64,000 nucleotides of DNA from NCBI GenBank assembly GCA_034420555.1, contig DAOULF010000259.1:13444-77443 (forward strand). The letters run 5' to 3'. Each line of letters opens with the position of its first letter. The stretch's first letter is position 1. Below are positions 17,477-26,773 of the stretch, piece by piece. The DNA comes from Dehalococcoidia bacterium. Its GTDB lineage: Bacteria > Chloroflexota > Dehalococcoidia > Lucifugimonadales > UBA1123. Position numbers and translations under genes: made by a program. The notes below the pieces were generated by a model. That model worked only from the letters and a program-made list of their open reading frames with translations. It was not told the origin of the DNA and searched no databases.

Positions 17477-18373
17477 ATGCCAAGCGGAGAAGTAGGATTT
17501 GTTGGTCTGGGCATTATGGGGCGCCCGATGGCGCGAAACCTGATGAAGGCCGGATACTCGCTGACCGTCTATGACGTAGTGGGGTCCGCAATGGAAGAGG
17601 TGGTCGGAGACGGAGCCAAGCCCGCATCCTCAGCTGCCGAAGTCGCGGCGGCAACGCCCACGATAATCACTATGGTCCCGGATTCCGCCGACTCCGAAGC
17701 CGCGATCCTGGGCGACAACGGAGTTCTTGAGGGCGCGTCGTCGGGGTCGGTCGTGATAGACATGAGTTCCATAGCGCCCGCCAGTTCCCAGAAGATTGCT
17801 GCCGCCTGCGAGGCCCAGGGAGTCGCGTTCCTGGACGCCCCCGTGTCCGGAGGCGAGCCCGGCGCCATATCGGCCACGCTGGCTATCATGGTGGGCGGCA
17901 AGAAGGACGTCTTCGACGCCCACGTCGGCCTGCTCGAAGCAATGGGTTCCAGCATCGTCCTCTGCGGCGACTATGGAGCCGGAAACACCACCAAGCTGGC
18001 GAACCAGATAATGGTTGCGGCGAACATCGAAGCCGTAGGCGAAGCGCTGACCCTCGCCAGGAAAGCCGGCCTCGACCCGAATGTCGTCTTCAATGCAGTT
18101 AAAGGCGGCCTGGCGGGATCCAACGTCCTGAACGCCAAGGGCCCAATGATGATCGAAGGAAATTTCGATCCCGGCTTCCGAATCGTCCTTCACCACAAGG
18201 ACCTGAACAACGCCCTACTCACGGCCAAGGAACTCGGCGTGGGACTCCCCGTGACGTCCCTGGTACAGCAGATGATCGTCTCGCTGATGAACGAAGGCAA
18301 GGGCAACGCCGACCACTCCGCCATCGCAAACTTCATCGAGGACATGGCCGGCGTCACCATCAGCGGCGACTAA
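17477..18373 (+). CDS. NAD(P)-dependent beta-hydroxyacid dehydrogenase (2-hydroxy-3-oxopropionate / 3-hydroxyisobutyrate reductase family)
   Basis: It has VGFVGLGIMGRPMARNL, DAPVSGGEPGA and NTTKLANQ. AAGGAG lies upstream of the ATG at 17477. Confidence 0.85.
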   Translation: MPSGEVGFVGLGIMGRPMARNLMKAGYSLTVYDVVGSAMEEVVGDGAKPASSAAEVAAATPTIITMVPDSADSEAAILGDNGVLEGASSGSVVIDMSSIAPASSQKIAAACEAQGVAFLDAPVSGGEPGAISATLAIMVGGKKDVFDAHVGLLEAMGSSIVLCGDYGAGNTTKLANQIMVAANIEAVGEALTLARKAGLDPNVVFNAVKGGLAGSNVLNAKGPMMIEGNFDPGFRIVLHHKDLNNALLTAKELGVGLPVTSLVQQMIVSLMNEGKGNADHSAIANFIEDMAGVTISGD

Positions 18374-18483
18374 TAGTGCGACAACTTAGTTGTGATGGAT
18401 ATTCAAGTTCCTATTTATTCCCTCTCCCCTTGGGAGAGGGTTAGGGTAGATAAACCATCATTTCAATAATGTTGAACTACTAG
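18370..18483. repeat. CTAG-bounded miniature repeat, family A-long, copy 2
   Basis: It aligns with 4515..4622: GCGACA(G/A)CTTAGTTGTGATGGATAT ... hairpin ... GTAGATAA.CC..CATTTCAA..ATGTTGAAC.ACTAG. It starts at the stop codon of the reductase gene. Confidence 0.75.
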
Positions 18484-18527
18484 CCGAACACCGTCTCACA
18501 GAGTGGAAGCCCAAAAGGAGCGCAGGC

Positions 18528-20075
18528 ATGAAGTACGACTACATCATCATCGGCGCCGGTTCCGCCGGCGCGATCCTCGCCACACGGCTTACCGAAGACC
18601 CGTCCAAGTCCGTCCTGCTGCTGGAGGCGGGGCCCGATTATGCCGAGATGGAAGATCTGCCGGACGAGGTTCGCTACGGATACGCCACCGCGACGGACAT
18701 TATGACCAGCGACCACAACTGGCAGTTCACCGGGCGCGCAACCGATTCCGCAGAGCCGATGCTGGTCCCCAGGGGCAGGGTCACGGGCGGCTCGTCGGCC
18801 ATCAACGGGCAGATCTTCCTGCGCGGTGTGCCGGAGGACTACGACAACTGGGCCTCCTGGGGCAACGACGAATGGGGATTCGAGGACTGCCTGCCCTACT
18901 TCCGCAAGCTGGAGACGGATACTACCTACTCCGACGACTTCCACGGCACCGACGGGCCGATCATCTGCCACAGGTTCCAGCCCGAGACCTGGCAGGACGC
19001 CTCCAAGGCTTTCTACCAGGCGTGCCTGGATTACGGCTTCGAGGACTGCCCCGACCACAACGACCCCGACTCCACGGGCGTCGGCCCGCTCCCGCTCAAC
19101 AACCCCAACGGCATCAGGTGGAGCACCAACCTGGGCTACCTCAGCCTGTCCAGACATCGCCTAAACCTGACCATCCGCGCCAACTGCACTGTCCACAGGC
19201 TGGAGTTCGACGGCAGCAGGGCGACGGGAGTAGTCGTCGAAAGCGGCGGTGAGGTCTTCACCGTTCAGGGCGACGAGATAATCCTGAGCGCCGGTGCAGT
19301 CGGTTCTCCGCAGATACTCATGCTGTCCGGCGTCGGCCCGTCCGCACACCTGGAAGATATAGGGATTCCGCTCGTCCACGATCTGCCCGGCGTAGGACAA
19401 AACCTGCGCGACCACCCGCTGATCTATGTGACCTGGAGAGCCAAGCCTGAGCACGAATTCGATCTCGACGGCCCCAGGATGCAGTTCGGCCTGCGCTACA
19501 CCGCCACCGGATCCGACCTCCGCAACGACATGATCGTTTACATGAACACGTTCGCGACGGAGCGCGTCAATCGCGGCGGAAACCGCATGGAACCCATCGG
19601 CATAAGGATGATCGTCGCGCTGGATCTCGCGGTCGGCTCCGGCGAGTTGAAGCTGAACTCAGCCGACCCGTCCGATCAGCCAATTCTGGACTACAACTAC
19701 TTCACCGAGGAGTTCGACAGGGAGCGGATGCGCGAGGCCGTCCGAATATGCTCCAGGATGGGCGAACATGAAGCGTGGAGCGACATCATCGAAGAGCGAG
19801 TCGAGCCACCTGAAGAGGTCATGGACTCCGATGACGACCTCGATGAGTGGATGGCGCGCGAGGTGACCACCGGTCACCACATCTCATGCACTAACAAGAT
19901 GGGGCCAGCCGACGATCCCATGGCGGTGGTTGACCAGTACGGTAATGTCCACGGACTCGAAGGTCTGCGCGTGATTGACGCCTCGATAATGCCGGACTGC
20001 GTGAGGGCAAACATCAACGTGACTACCATGATGATCGGGGAGAAGATAGCCGACCTCATCAAGGAGGGCCGCTAA
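18528..20075 (+). CDS. GMC family FAD-dependent oxidoreductase (paralogue 1)
   Basis: It has [24 protein letters not shown] (the FAD ADP-binding fold), [16 protein letters not shown], and the C-terminal [10 protein letters not shown] with IDASIMP. Confidence 0.9.
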   Translation: MKYDYIIIGAGSAGAILATRLTEDPSKSVLLLEAGPDYAEMEDLPDEVRYGYATATDIMTSDHNWQFTGRATDSAEPMLVPRGRVTGGSSAINGQIFLRGVPEDYDNWASWGNDEWGFEDCLPYFRKLETDTTYSDDFHGTDGPIICHRFQPETWQDASKAFYQACLDYGFEDCPDHNDPDSTGVGPLPLNNPNGIRWSTNLGYLSLSRHRLNLTIRANCTVHRLEFDGSRATGVVVESGGEVFTVQGDEIILSAGAVGSPQILMLSGVGPSAHLEDIGIPLVHDLPGVGQNLRDHPLIYVTWRAKPEHEFDLDGPRMQFGLRYTATGSDLRNDMIVYMNTFATERVNRGGNRMEPIGIRMIVALDLAVGSGELKLNSADPSDQPILDYNYFTEEFDRERMREAVRICSRMGEHEAWSDIIEERVEPPEEVMDSDDDLDEWMAREVTTGHHISCTNKMGPADDPMAVVDQYGNVHGLEGLRVIDASIMPDCVRANINVTTMMIGEKIADLIKEGR

Positions 20076-20076
20076 A

Positions 20077-21597
20077 TTGAAGTACGACTACGTAATCGTC
20101 GGGGCTGGTTCGGCGGGCGCGACGCTGGCCGCGCGGCTGTCGGAAGACCCCGGCCTCTCGGTTCTGCTCCTGGAAGCGGGCCCCGACTACCCGGACTTCG
20201 ACGCCATCCCTGAAGACCTCAAGTACGGCTGGGGAACAGGCGCCGACTTCGTAGTCGAGGATGAACATAACTGGGCGTTCACCGGACGGGCGACACTCAC
20301 AAGGACAGATATGGAAGTGCCTCGCGGAAAGGTCACCGGCGGGACCAGCGCCATCAATGGGCAGGTGTTTCTGAGGCCACTGGTCCACGACTTTGATTAC
20401 TGGACATCGCTCGGTAACGACGAATGGACTTACGAAGATACCCTGCCCTATATGCGCAAGATCGAGACCGACACCGACTTCTCCGACGACTACCACGGCA
20501 CGGACGGCCCGATCATAGTCCGCAGGCACGCGCTCGACTCTCTCCAACCCGAACAGTCCGCCTTCTACCGGGCCTGCCTGGACATGGGCTTCCCGGACGT
20601 GCAAGACCATAACCACCCCGGCGCGACCGGCGTGGGACCGTATCCCCTGAACAATCCCGGCGGCGTGCGCTGGAGTACCGCAATCGGCTACCTGGGCGAG
20701 GCGCGACATCGGCTCAACCTCACGATACGACCGAACTGCTTCACGCGGCGGGTCCTGTTCGATGGCGATACCGCCGTGGGCGTGGAAGTAGAGAGCGGAG
20801 ATGAGGTCTTTGAGGTTTACGGAGACCAGATCGTCCTGAGCGCCGGACCGATTGCGTCGCCCCAACTGCTGATGCTGTCGGGCGTTGGGCCTTCGGAGCA
20901 TCTATCACAGTTCGGCATCCCGACGGTTCACCACTCTCCGGGTGTCGGACAGGGACTCAGAGACCATCCTTGCGTCACCATGCTCTGGAAGGCCCAGGAC
21001 CACGTTCCCGCGCCGCCGCACGAGGTAGGCCCCCAGAAGGTCTCCCTGCGATACACCGCGCCCGGCTCCCACTTCCCTGACGACATGATTACCGTGATGC
21101 GCTTCGGCAAGTGGGACCATGTCCTCGTGATGAGCGTCGGTCTCTATCTGGCCGTTGGAAATGGAAGTTTGAGTCTCCAGTCTGCCGATCCCCACATTCA
21201 GCCGGTTCTGGACTACAACTACCTCGTAGAGGAGTTCGACAGGCAAAGGCTGAGAGACGGCGTCAGGCTGAGCCTGGACATAATCCAAAACCCCGCCTTC
21301 TCGGACATCGCGGGCGAGCTCATCGCGCCCGATCCCGCGGCGTTGCAGTCGGATGACGCCCTGGACGAATGGATGCTCGGCAACGTCAGCACCATGCACC
21401 ACATATCCTGCACCGCAAAGATGGGCCCGGACGACGACCCGATGGCGGTCGTTGACCAGCACGGGCGCGTGAGGGGTGTCAACAATCTCAGGGTGGTTGA
21501 CGGTTCCATACTGCCCGACTGCCCCCGCTCCAACACCAACGTGCCGATTATGATGCTGGCTGAGCGGATCGCGGGCTGGATATTGAGCGGAGAATGA
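20077..21597 (+). CDS. GMC family FAD-dependent oxidoreductase (paralogue 2, TTG start)
   Basis: It shares the motifs of paralogue 1. The TTG start lies 1 nt after the preceding stop and is preceded by AAGGAGGG. Confidence 0.9.
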   Translation: MKYDYVIVGAGSAGATLAARLSEDPGLSVLLLEAGPDYPDFDAIPEDLKYGWGTGADFVVEDEHNWAFTGRATLTRTDMEVPRGKVTGGTSAINGQVFLRPLVHDFDYWTSLGNDEWTYEDTLPYMRKIETDTDFSDDYHGTDGPIIVRRHALDSLQPEQSAFYRACLDMGFPDVQDHNHPGATGVGPYPLNNPGGVRWSTAIGYLGEARHRLNLTIRPNCFTRRVLFDGDTAVGVEVESGDEVFEVYGDQIVLSAGPIASPQLLMLSGVGPSEHLSQFGIPTVHHSPGVGQGLRDHPCVTMLWKAQDHVPAPPHEVGPQKVSLRYTAPGSHFPDDMITVMRFGKWDHVLVMSVGLYLAVGNGSLSLQSADPHIQPVLDYNYLVEEFDRQRLRDGVRLSLDIIQNPAFSDIAGELIAPDPAALQSDDALDEWMLGNVSTMHHISCTAKMGPDDDPMAVVDQHGRVRGVNNLRVVDGSILPDCPRSNTNVPIMMLAERIAGWILSGE

Positions 21598-21607
21598 CAG
21601 GACTACT

Positions 21608-23947
21608 TTGATGGGAGGGGCAGTTCGGTCAAAGGATCTCTGCGGGAAATCTGGGACGATTGTGACCGGGTATCTATGGTTTTGCGTATTCGCTGTCGTG
21701 GCGTTCCTGCTAATGGCTGGATGTGGAAGTGAGAGCGACCAGGACTCGAATGCTCCCGGCGTTTTCCAGCAAGAAGTTCAAGCCCTCAAGACGGAACTTG
21801 CTCAGAGCGAAAGGCGCAGAAGTGAGTCTTCGGAAGAGTTATACGCTCGCGTCGAGGACCTTTCAGAGAAACTCAGCGCTCTGAGCGAATCGAACGCCGC
21901 GCTGCGTCAGGAAGTTCGAGCGCTGAGTTCCGAAATCGAAACGGCGCGAATCCGGGAAGATGCGAGTCCAGGCGACACGGCGGAACCGGCATTCACGCTC
22001 CAACTCCTGCACGCCGCCGATATGGATAGCTCCGTCGGAGCGCTGGACAACGTCGAAAACTTCTCGGCCATACTGGACGGCTTCCGCGCGCAGTTCCCAC
22101 ACAATACGCTGGTCGTGAGTTCAGGCGACAACTACATCCCCGGACCGCGCTACTACGCCGCCGGAGACGACTCAACCGCGGAGGCGCTAGGCGTTTCGGC
22201 GAACGGCAGGGGCGACATCACTCTTCTTAACGCGATGGGATTTCAGGCGTCCGCCGTCGGCAATCACGAACTGGACCACGGCACGGGAAACTTTGCCAAT
22301 ATCATAGGCTCAGAGGTTGACGAAGGCAGAATGTACCCGGGAGCTGCGTTCCCATATCTGTCGAGCAACCTCGACTTCTCGGAAGACTCCGGTCTGAGCG
22401 GCCTTGTAGTTCCCGACGGGCAGGAAGCCATGCTGGTGGCCGGGAGCCTGGCCGGGAGCGCGGTCGTGACCGTCGGAGGAGAGCGCATCGGACTGGTCGG
22501 AGCGACGACCCCGACACTGACCAGCATCACCGCGATAGGCGACATCATCGTCCAACCGTCCGACCCTTTTGACACCGGCGAACTGGCAAGCATAATCCAG
22601 GCCGGCGTTGATGGTCTGTCAGGCCGGGGGATTGACAAGATAATCCTGCTTGCCCACATGCAGCATCTCGATGTCGAGCGAGAATTGGCGACGAAGCTGA
22701 ACGACGTGGACATAATAGTGGCGGGCGGGTCGAACACGCTTCTGGCCGATGAGACCGACAGATTGCGCGCTGGAGACGAGCGCATGGGCAACTATCCGCT
22801 CCACTATACGAGTCCGGGCGGCGACCCCGTGATGCTGGTCAACACGGACGGAGACTACAAGTACCTCGGTCGCCTGGTCGTGGATTTCGATTCTCAGGGG
22901 CGGATAATCGAGAATTCGGTCAATCCCTTCGTCAGCGGAGCCTATGCGACGGATCACCAGGGTGCGCAGGCATTCTCCGGCCGCCCCGTTCCTGGGGTGA
23001 CTCTCATAAGGGATTCTCTGCGAGCCGTGCTGCGAAGTCGCGACGGCAATATCATCGGCAAAACCGAGGTTTACCTGGCCGGAGCCAGGAATGACGTGCG
23101 GAGCCAGGAAACCAATCTTGGAAATTTGACGGCTGATGCCTGTCTGTGGTTGGCGCGGCAATTGGACCCATCCACCCAGGTCGCTCTCAAGAATGGCGGC
23201 GGCATCCGCGACGATATAGGCGAGGTCTTCCATCCCCCGGGAACGACCGACCCGGCAGACGTGATGCTTACGCCGCCCGCCGCAAATCCCTCCATCGGCA
23301 AGCAAGCGGGCGATATATCCCAGTTCGACGTGGAAGGCGCGCTCCGTTTCAACAACGGCCTGGTCATCATACCGCTGACCGCCGGGGAACTGGTGAATGT
23401 CATCGAACACGGCGTGGGCTTCGAGGGCGCCGGAGAGGTGAGCGCGGGAAAGTTCCCACAGGTGGGAGGAATGCGCTTCAGCTTCGACCCGGGCGGACCC
23501 ATTGGAAACCGCGTTCGCTCGCTGGCAATCGTAGATGACAGCGGTACGGTTACAGATAGGGTGGTCGAGAACGGCATCCTGGTCGGCGACCCCGACCGGC
23601 AGATCAAGATGGTCACCCTCAACTTCCTCGCGAACGGCGGCGACGGATACCCCTTCCCCGACGACCAGAGCGGCAGAATTGACCTTTCGGGTGAGGAAGG
23701 CCAGTACAACCCTCCCAATCCCGACTTCCCCGATACCAACGGCAACGGCAAGATTGACGGGCCTAGCTCTCCCGATCCGGGTCTGTCCAACTTCTCCAAC
23801 CCGGGCGGTGAACAGGACGCGCTGGCCGAATATCTGGCATACAGGTACGCTTCCGACCCGTTCGACAAAGCTGAGACACCACCGTCGGAGGACAGGCGCG
23901 TTCAGAACCTGGGCATCCCCGGCAAACGCGACACCGTGTTCGAGTAG
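21608..23947 (+). CDS. lipoprotein 5'-nucleotidase / metallophosphoesterase
   Basis: It has the lipobox LLMAGC, the metallophosphatase motifs LLHAADMDS, SGDNYIPG and GNHELD, and a C-terminal 5'-nucleotidase-type domain. A coiled-coil-like linker follows the lipobox. Confidence 0.8.
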   Translation: MMGGAVRSKDLCGKSGTIVTGYLWFCVFAVVAFLLMAGCGSESDQDSNAPGVFQQEVQALKTELAQSERRRSESSEELYARVEDLSEKLSALSESNAALRQEVRALSSEIETARIREDASPGDTAEPAFTLQLLHAADMDSSVGALDNVENFSAILDGFRAQFPHNTLVVSSGDNYIPGPRYYAAGDDSTAEALGVSANGRGDITLLNAMGFQASAVGNHELDHGTGNFANIIGSEVDEGRMYPGAAFPYLSSNLDFSEDSGLSGLVVPDGQEAMLVAGSLAGSAVVTVGGERIGLVGATTPTLTSITAIGDIIVQPSDPFDTGELASIIQAGVDGLSGRGIDKIILLAHMQHLDVERELATKLNDVDIIVAGGSNTLLADETDRLRAGDERMGNYPLHYTSPGGDPVMLVNTDGDYKYLGRLVVDFDSQGRIIENSVNPFVSGAYATDHQGAQAFSGRPVPGVTLIRDSLRAVLRSRDGNIIGKTEVYLAGARNDVRSQETNLGNLTADACLWLARQLDPSTQVALKNGGGIRDDIGEVFHPPGTTDPADVMLTPPAANPSIGKQAGDISQFDVEGALRFNNGLVIIPLTAGELVNVIEHGVGFEGAGEVSAGKFPQVGGMRFSFDPGGPIGNRVRSLAIVDDSGTVTDRVVENGILVGDPDRQIKMVTLNFLANGGDGYPFPDDQSGRIDLSGEEGQYNPPNPDFPDTNGNGKIDGPSSPDPGLSNFSNPGGEQDALAEYLAYRYASDPFDKAETPPSEDRRVQNLGIPGKRDTVFE

Positions 23948-24020
23948 CGAACTCACGACTACTCGATCCCTCCCCCGGAAGGACCTTTGCTAAATCGCTC
24001 TTAAACTCTGCACCGTCATT

Positions 24021-24134
24021 TGTATGTTGAAAATCCCCTCTCCCTCTGGGTGAGGGTGAACTGCAATTCAGTCATTCCCGCGAAAGCGGGAACCCCGAAG
24101 GGCTCGCCGCTCGGCAATCCAGGGGGAGGTGCGG
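24021..24134. repeat. composite repeat: family A hairpin followed by ATTCCC-N8-GGGAA hairpin module
   Basis: CCCCTCTCCCTCTGGGTGAGGGTG is followed by GTCATTCCCGCGAAAGCGGGAACCCCGAAGGGCTCGCCGCTCGGCAATCCAGGGG. The latter stretch of about 57 nt is identical to part of 59482..59538. Confidence 0.75.
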
Positions 24135-24345
24135 TCAAATCCCCGACAGTGAGGACTGTGAGAAAGACCCGCTACCCCCTGAGGTTCCAATCCGCTATCT
24201 CGTATTCTCTCGTAAGATATAGCATCCGAGAAAGGCGATAGCCGTATGCCGAGAAACCCACTATACATACCCTTGAGTTTAGTGGAAGCATCAACTACCT
24301 GGTTGGTGTCAATTAAACAATCCATCGCAATTGGTAGAGCGATAG

Positions 24346-24383
24346 TTCCCTCTCCCTTGAGGGAGAGGGCTAGGGTGAGGGTG
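24346..24383 (+). repeat. family A hairpin repeat
   Basis: The sequence is TTCCCTCTCCC-TTGA-GGGAGAGGG-CTAGGGTGAGGGTG. It overlaps the probable GTG start of the DUF3179 gene. Confidence 0.7.
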
Positions 24384-26003
24384 CCAATCACTCTTGTGTT
24401 GCTTCCAGGTTTAGTCGTCGGATTGACGGCCGCCACTCTTGGCTGTTTTGGAGGACCCTCACTGCCTCCGACGCCAGAGCCTACCCCCGCGCGGGTCTCG
24501 GCGAACGCGGACATGAGCGCAAAGACGACAGCCGCAGCGCCGTCCCCGACCCCAATTCCGACTTCCACACCTGTCCCGGAAGCCACCCAAGCTCCGGATG
24601 CTACTCCTACGGCAGCGACGCCTGATCCTACGCCTACTTCTACCGCTGTTCCGTATGAATCGGAAGCGGCGATGTACGATATGTTCCCAGGATTTACGAT
24701 GTCAATGTCGCAAACGCTCGAAGCGCTGGAACGGATCAAGCAATACGACGACTCTTCGATGATTCCGGTTCTGATAGAGGTTATGCGCTTCATGCCCACC
24801 CAGTCGTCCCGCGACAGCGTTGCGGACGCGCTGAGGGCGCTTACGGGTCAGCCCTTCGAGGGCAACGACTGGGATAAATGGATGGACTGGATGGGAGCGA
24901 ACCTGGACGAGATCGAACCGCCCGAAGGATACCCCGACTGGAAGGCCAGGCTGTATTCTGCCATAGACGAGAGGTTCGCGTACTTCCTGAGACCCGCGCG
25001 AGACTTTTCCAGGATCAGGCTGGAGGAGGTAGTCTGGGGCGGAGTCCGGCCCGACGGCATTCCCGACCTGCGAAGGCCCTCCTTCCTGGAAGCCTCGGAA
25101 GCCGAGTACATGGACCCGGACGACAGGGTATTCGGACTTGAGATAAACGGCGACATCAGGGCCTACCCGCTTAGGGTGGTCAACGCGCACGAGATGGTGA
25201 ATGACTCCGTGGGAGGCGAACCCATCTCGCTAATGTGGTGAACGCTCTGCGGAGCCGGAATCGTGTATTCCGCGAAGATAGACGGACAACCCACCACATT
25301 CGGCACGTCGGGGTTTCTGTATCGCTCCAACAAGCTGATGTACGACCGGAAGACCAACTCGCTTTGGAGTTCCCTGGTTGGGGAGCCTGTCATTGGAGAT
25401 CTGGCTGAGCGAGACGAAATCATCAAGCTCGACTTCTTCCCCGTCGCCCTTACAACCTGGGGGGAGTGGGTCGAGGAGAACCCGGACACCAAGGTGCTGT
25501 CCCTGGATAACGAGTTCTATCCTCCCTACTTCTATGAACCTGAGACCAGTGAAAGGTCCATCTACTACGACTATCGTGTAAGGGCCGACACCATGTTCCC
25601 CGTGTGGAATCGCGACCACACCCTGGAAGCCAAGGACGAGGTGCTCGGTCTGTCAATCGGAGACACCCACAGGGCCTACCCTGTTATGAAACTGCGCGAA
25701 CTGAGGGTTGTCAACGACACGCTGGGCGACAGGAACGTCGTCATCCTGTCATCCGAAATGTCCTCCGACGCAAGGGTATTCGAGCGTGGCGATGAGACCT
25801 TCGCTATCAAGAGTGGCGAAGACATCGAAGGGATTCCGACTTCACTTGTTGATTCCAACGGCGAGACATGGACGGTTGGTAAGACGGGACTCACGAAATC
25901 CGGCGACCAGAGCGCAACTCTGTCCAGGCTGCCCTCATTCGTAGCCTTCTGGTTCGGCTGGTATGCCTTCCACCCCGACACTACCCTGTTCGAGCCCGAA
26001 TAG
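24375..26003 (+). CDS. DUF3179 family lipoprotein with in-frame TGA (25239-25241), candidate selenocysteine codon
   Basis: The two track ORFs (24246..25241 and 25263..26003) share one frame and are separated only by the TGA. Read-through gives a continuous DUF3179 core. It has a lipoprotein signal (MRVPITLVLLPGLVVGLTAATLGC) and a Pro/Thr-rich linker. Confidence 0.6.
25242..25277 (+). promoter_or_regulatory. candidate bacterial SECIS-like hairpin downstream of TGA
   Basis: GGAAU (25257-25261) pairs with AUUCC (25267-25271), plus C25256:G25272, around the apical loop CGUGU. An alternative helix pairs 25248-25253 with 25269-25274. Confidence 0.4.
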
Positions 26004-26018
26004 ACGTCGCCCGCCGCG

Positions 26019-26124
26019 CTAGTACCAGAGAACTGCATGAATATGTCATACTCCGGTAGCTAACCGTCATTCCCGCTTTCGCGGGAATCCATGGGCGGGG
26101 CCAGGCTTATAACTGGGAAAACTG
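26019..26124. repeat. miniature repeat family C, copy 1 (contains ATTCCC-N8-GGGAAT hairpin)
   Basis: It aligns with 55675..55779: CTAGTACCAGA..CATGAATATGTCATACTCC.GTAGCTAACCGTCATTCCCGC....GCGGGAATCCA.GG..GGGG.CAGGCTTA.AAC.GG.AAAACT. Confidence 0.75.
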
Positions 26125-26138
26125 ACTGGATGCTGTAC

Positions 26139-26717
26139 TTAAGGTTCGCGTAGTTCTATCACTCCCGCCGATCCGAGCGCGTCCGGCTTGTCGTCGTCTG
26201 GGCCTGTGGGGGCGCCACGCCGCGCCTTTGCGTTCCACTCCTCTATCTTCACTTTGACGAGCGCTGTCACTCCCAGGTCCGGGGACGGCGGGGCGTTGTA
26301 GTCATGGCCTACCGTCCGGCCCGGAAAGTATCTCTGCACCATCTTGTCGAACAGATCGAACTTCTCATCTTCGTTCGTCACCTCGCGGGCGCTTCCAAAC
26401 AGAGTCACGCTGCGATAGTTGACAGAGTGGTTCATCGCCTTGCGGGAATAGACGAGGCCGTCGGTGAGGGTCACGGTTATGCAGACGGGCGCGCCCGTGG
26501 CGAGATGCTTGAGCGCGCGACTGCGTATCGAGCCGTGAAGGTAGATGAGGTCGGGCGCGTCCGGGTCGTAGTGATAGGTGAACGGGATGACGAAGGGGAC
26601 GTCGTCCTGGATGAAGCCCAGGTGGGCGACCAGGCCCTGGCAGAGTATGTCGGTCGCCTCTTCGGGGACGGCCCTTTCAGGATGATTTCTGATGCGGGTT
26701 CGTTCGGTAAGTTTCAT
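26139..26717 (-). CDS. pyridoxamine 5'-phosphate oxidase family (FMN-binding split barrel) protein
   Basis: MKLTERTRIRNHPERAV..GLVAHLGFIQDDVPFVIPFTYHYD is typical of the PNPOx-like / NimA-like family. Confidence 0.75.
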   Translation of the reverse strand: MKLTERTRIRNHPERAVPEEATDILCQGLVAHLGFIQDDVPFVIPFTYHYDPDAPDLIYLHGSIRSRALKHLATGAPVCITVTLTDGLVYSRKAMNHSVNYRSVTLFGSAREVTNEDEKFDLFDKMVQRYFPGRTVGHDYNAPPSPDLGVTALVKVKIEEWNAKARRGAPTGPDDDKPDALGSAGVIELREP

Positions 26718-26773
26718 CGGCGTATCCTGTGGAAAACAGACGGGATGAGGTTCTCCCCCACCCCGTCGAGTTC

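Noticed and set aside
24020-24799. ORFs 24020..24241 (+) and 24068..24799 (-, 243 aa)
   Set aside because: They are translations of the composite repeat region and of the antisense strand of the Pro/Thr linker of the DUF3179 gene. Their composition is not protein-like.
25239-25265. Treating 24246..25241 and 25263..26003 as two separate genes or as a simple pseudogene
   Set aside because: I did not adopt this as the primary call. The break is a single TGA at a conserved Cys position, both halves stay in frame with intact conserved blocks, and the second half has no independent signal peptide or RBS. A pseudogene or a sequencing error cannot be excluded without reads or relatives.
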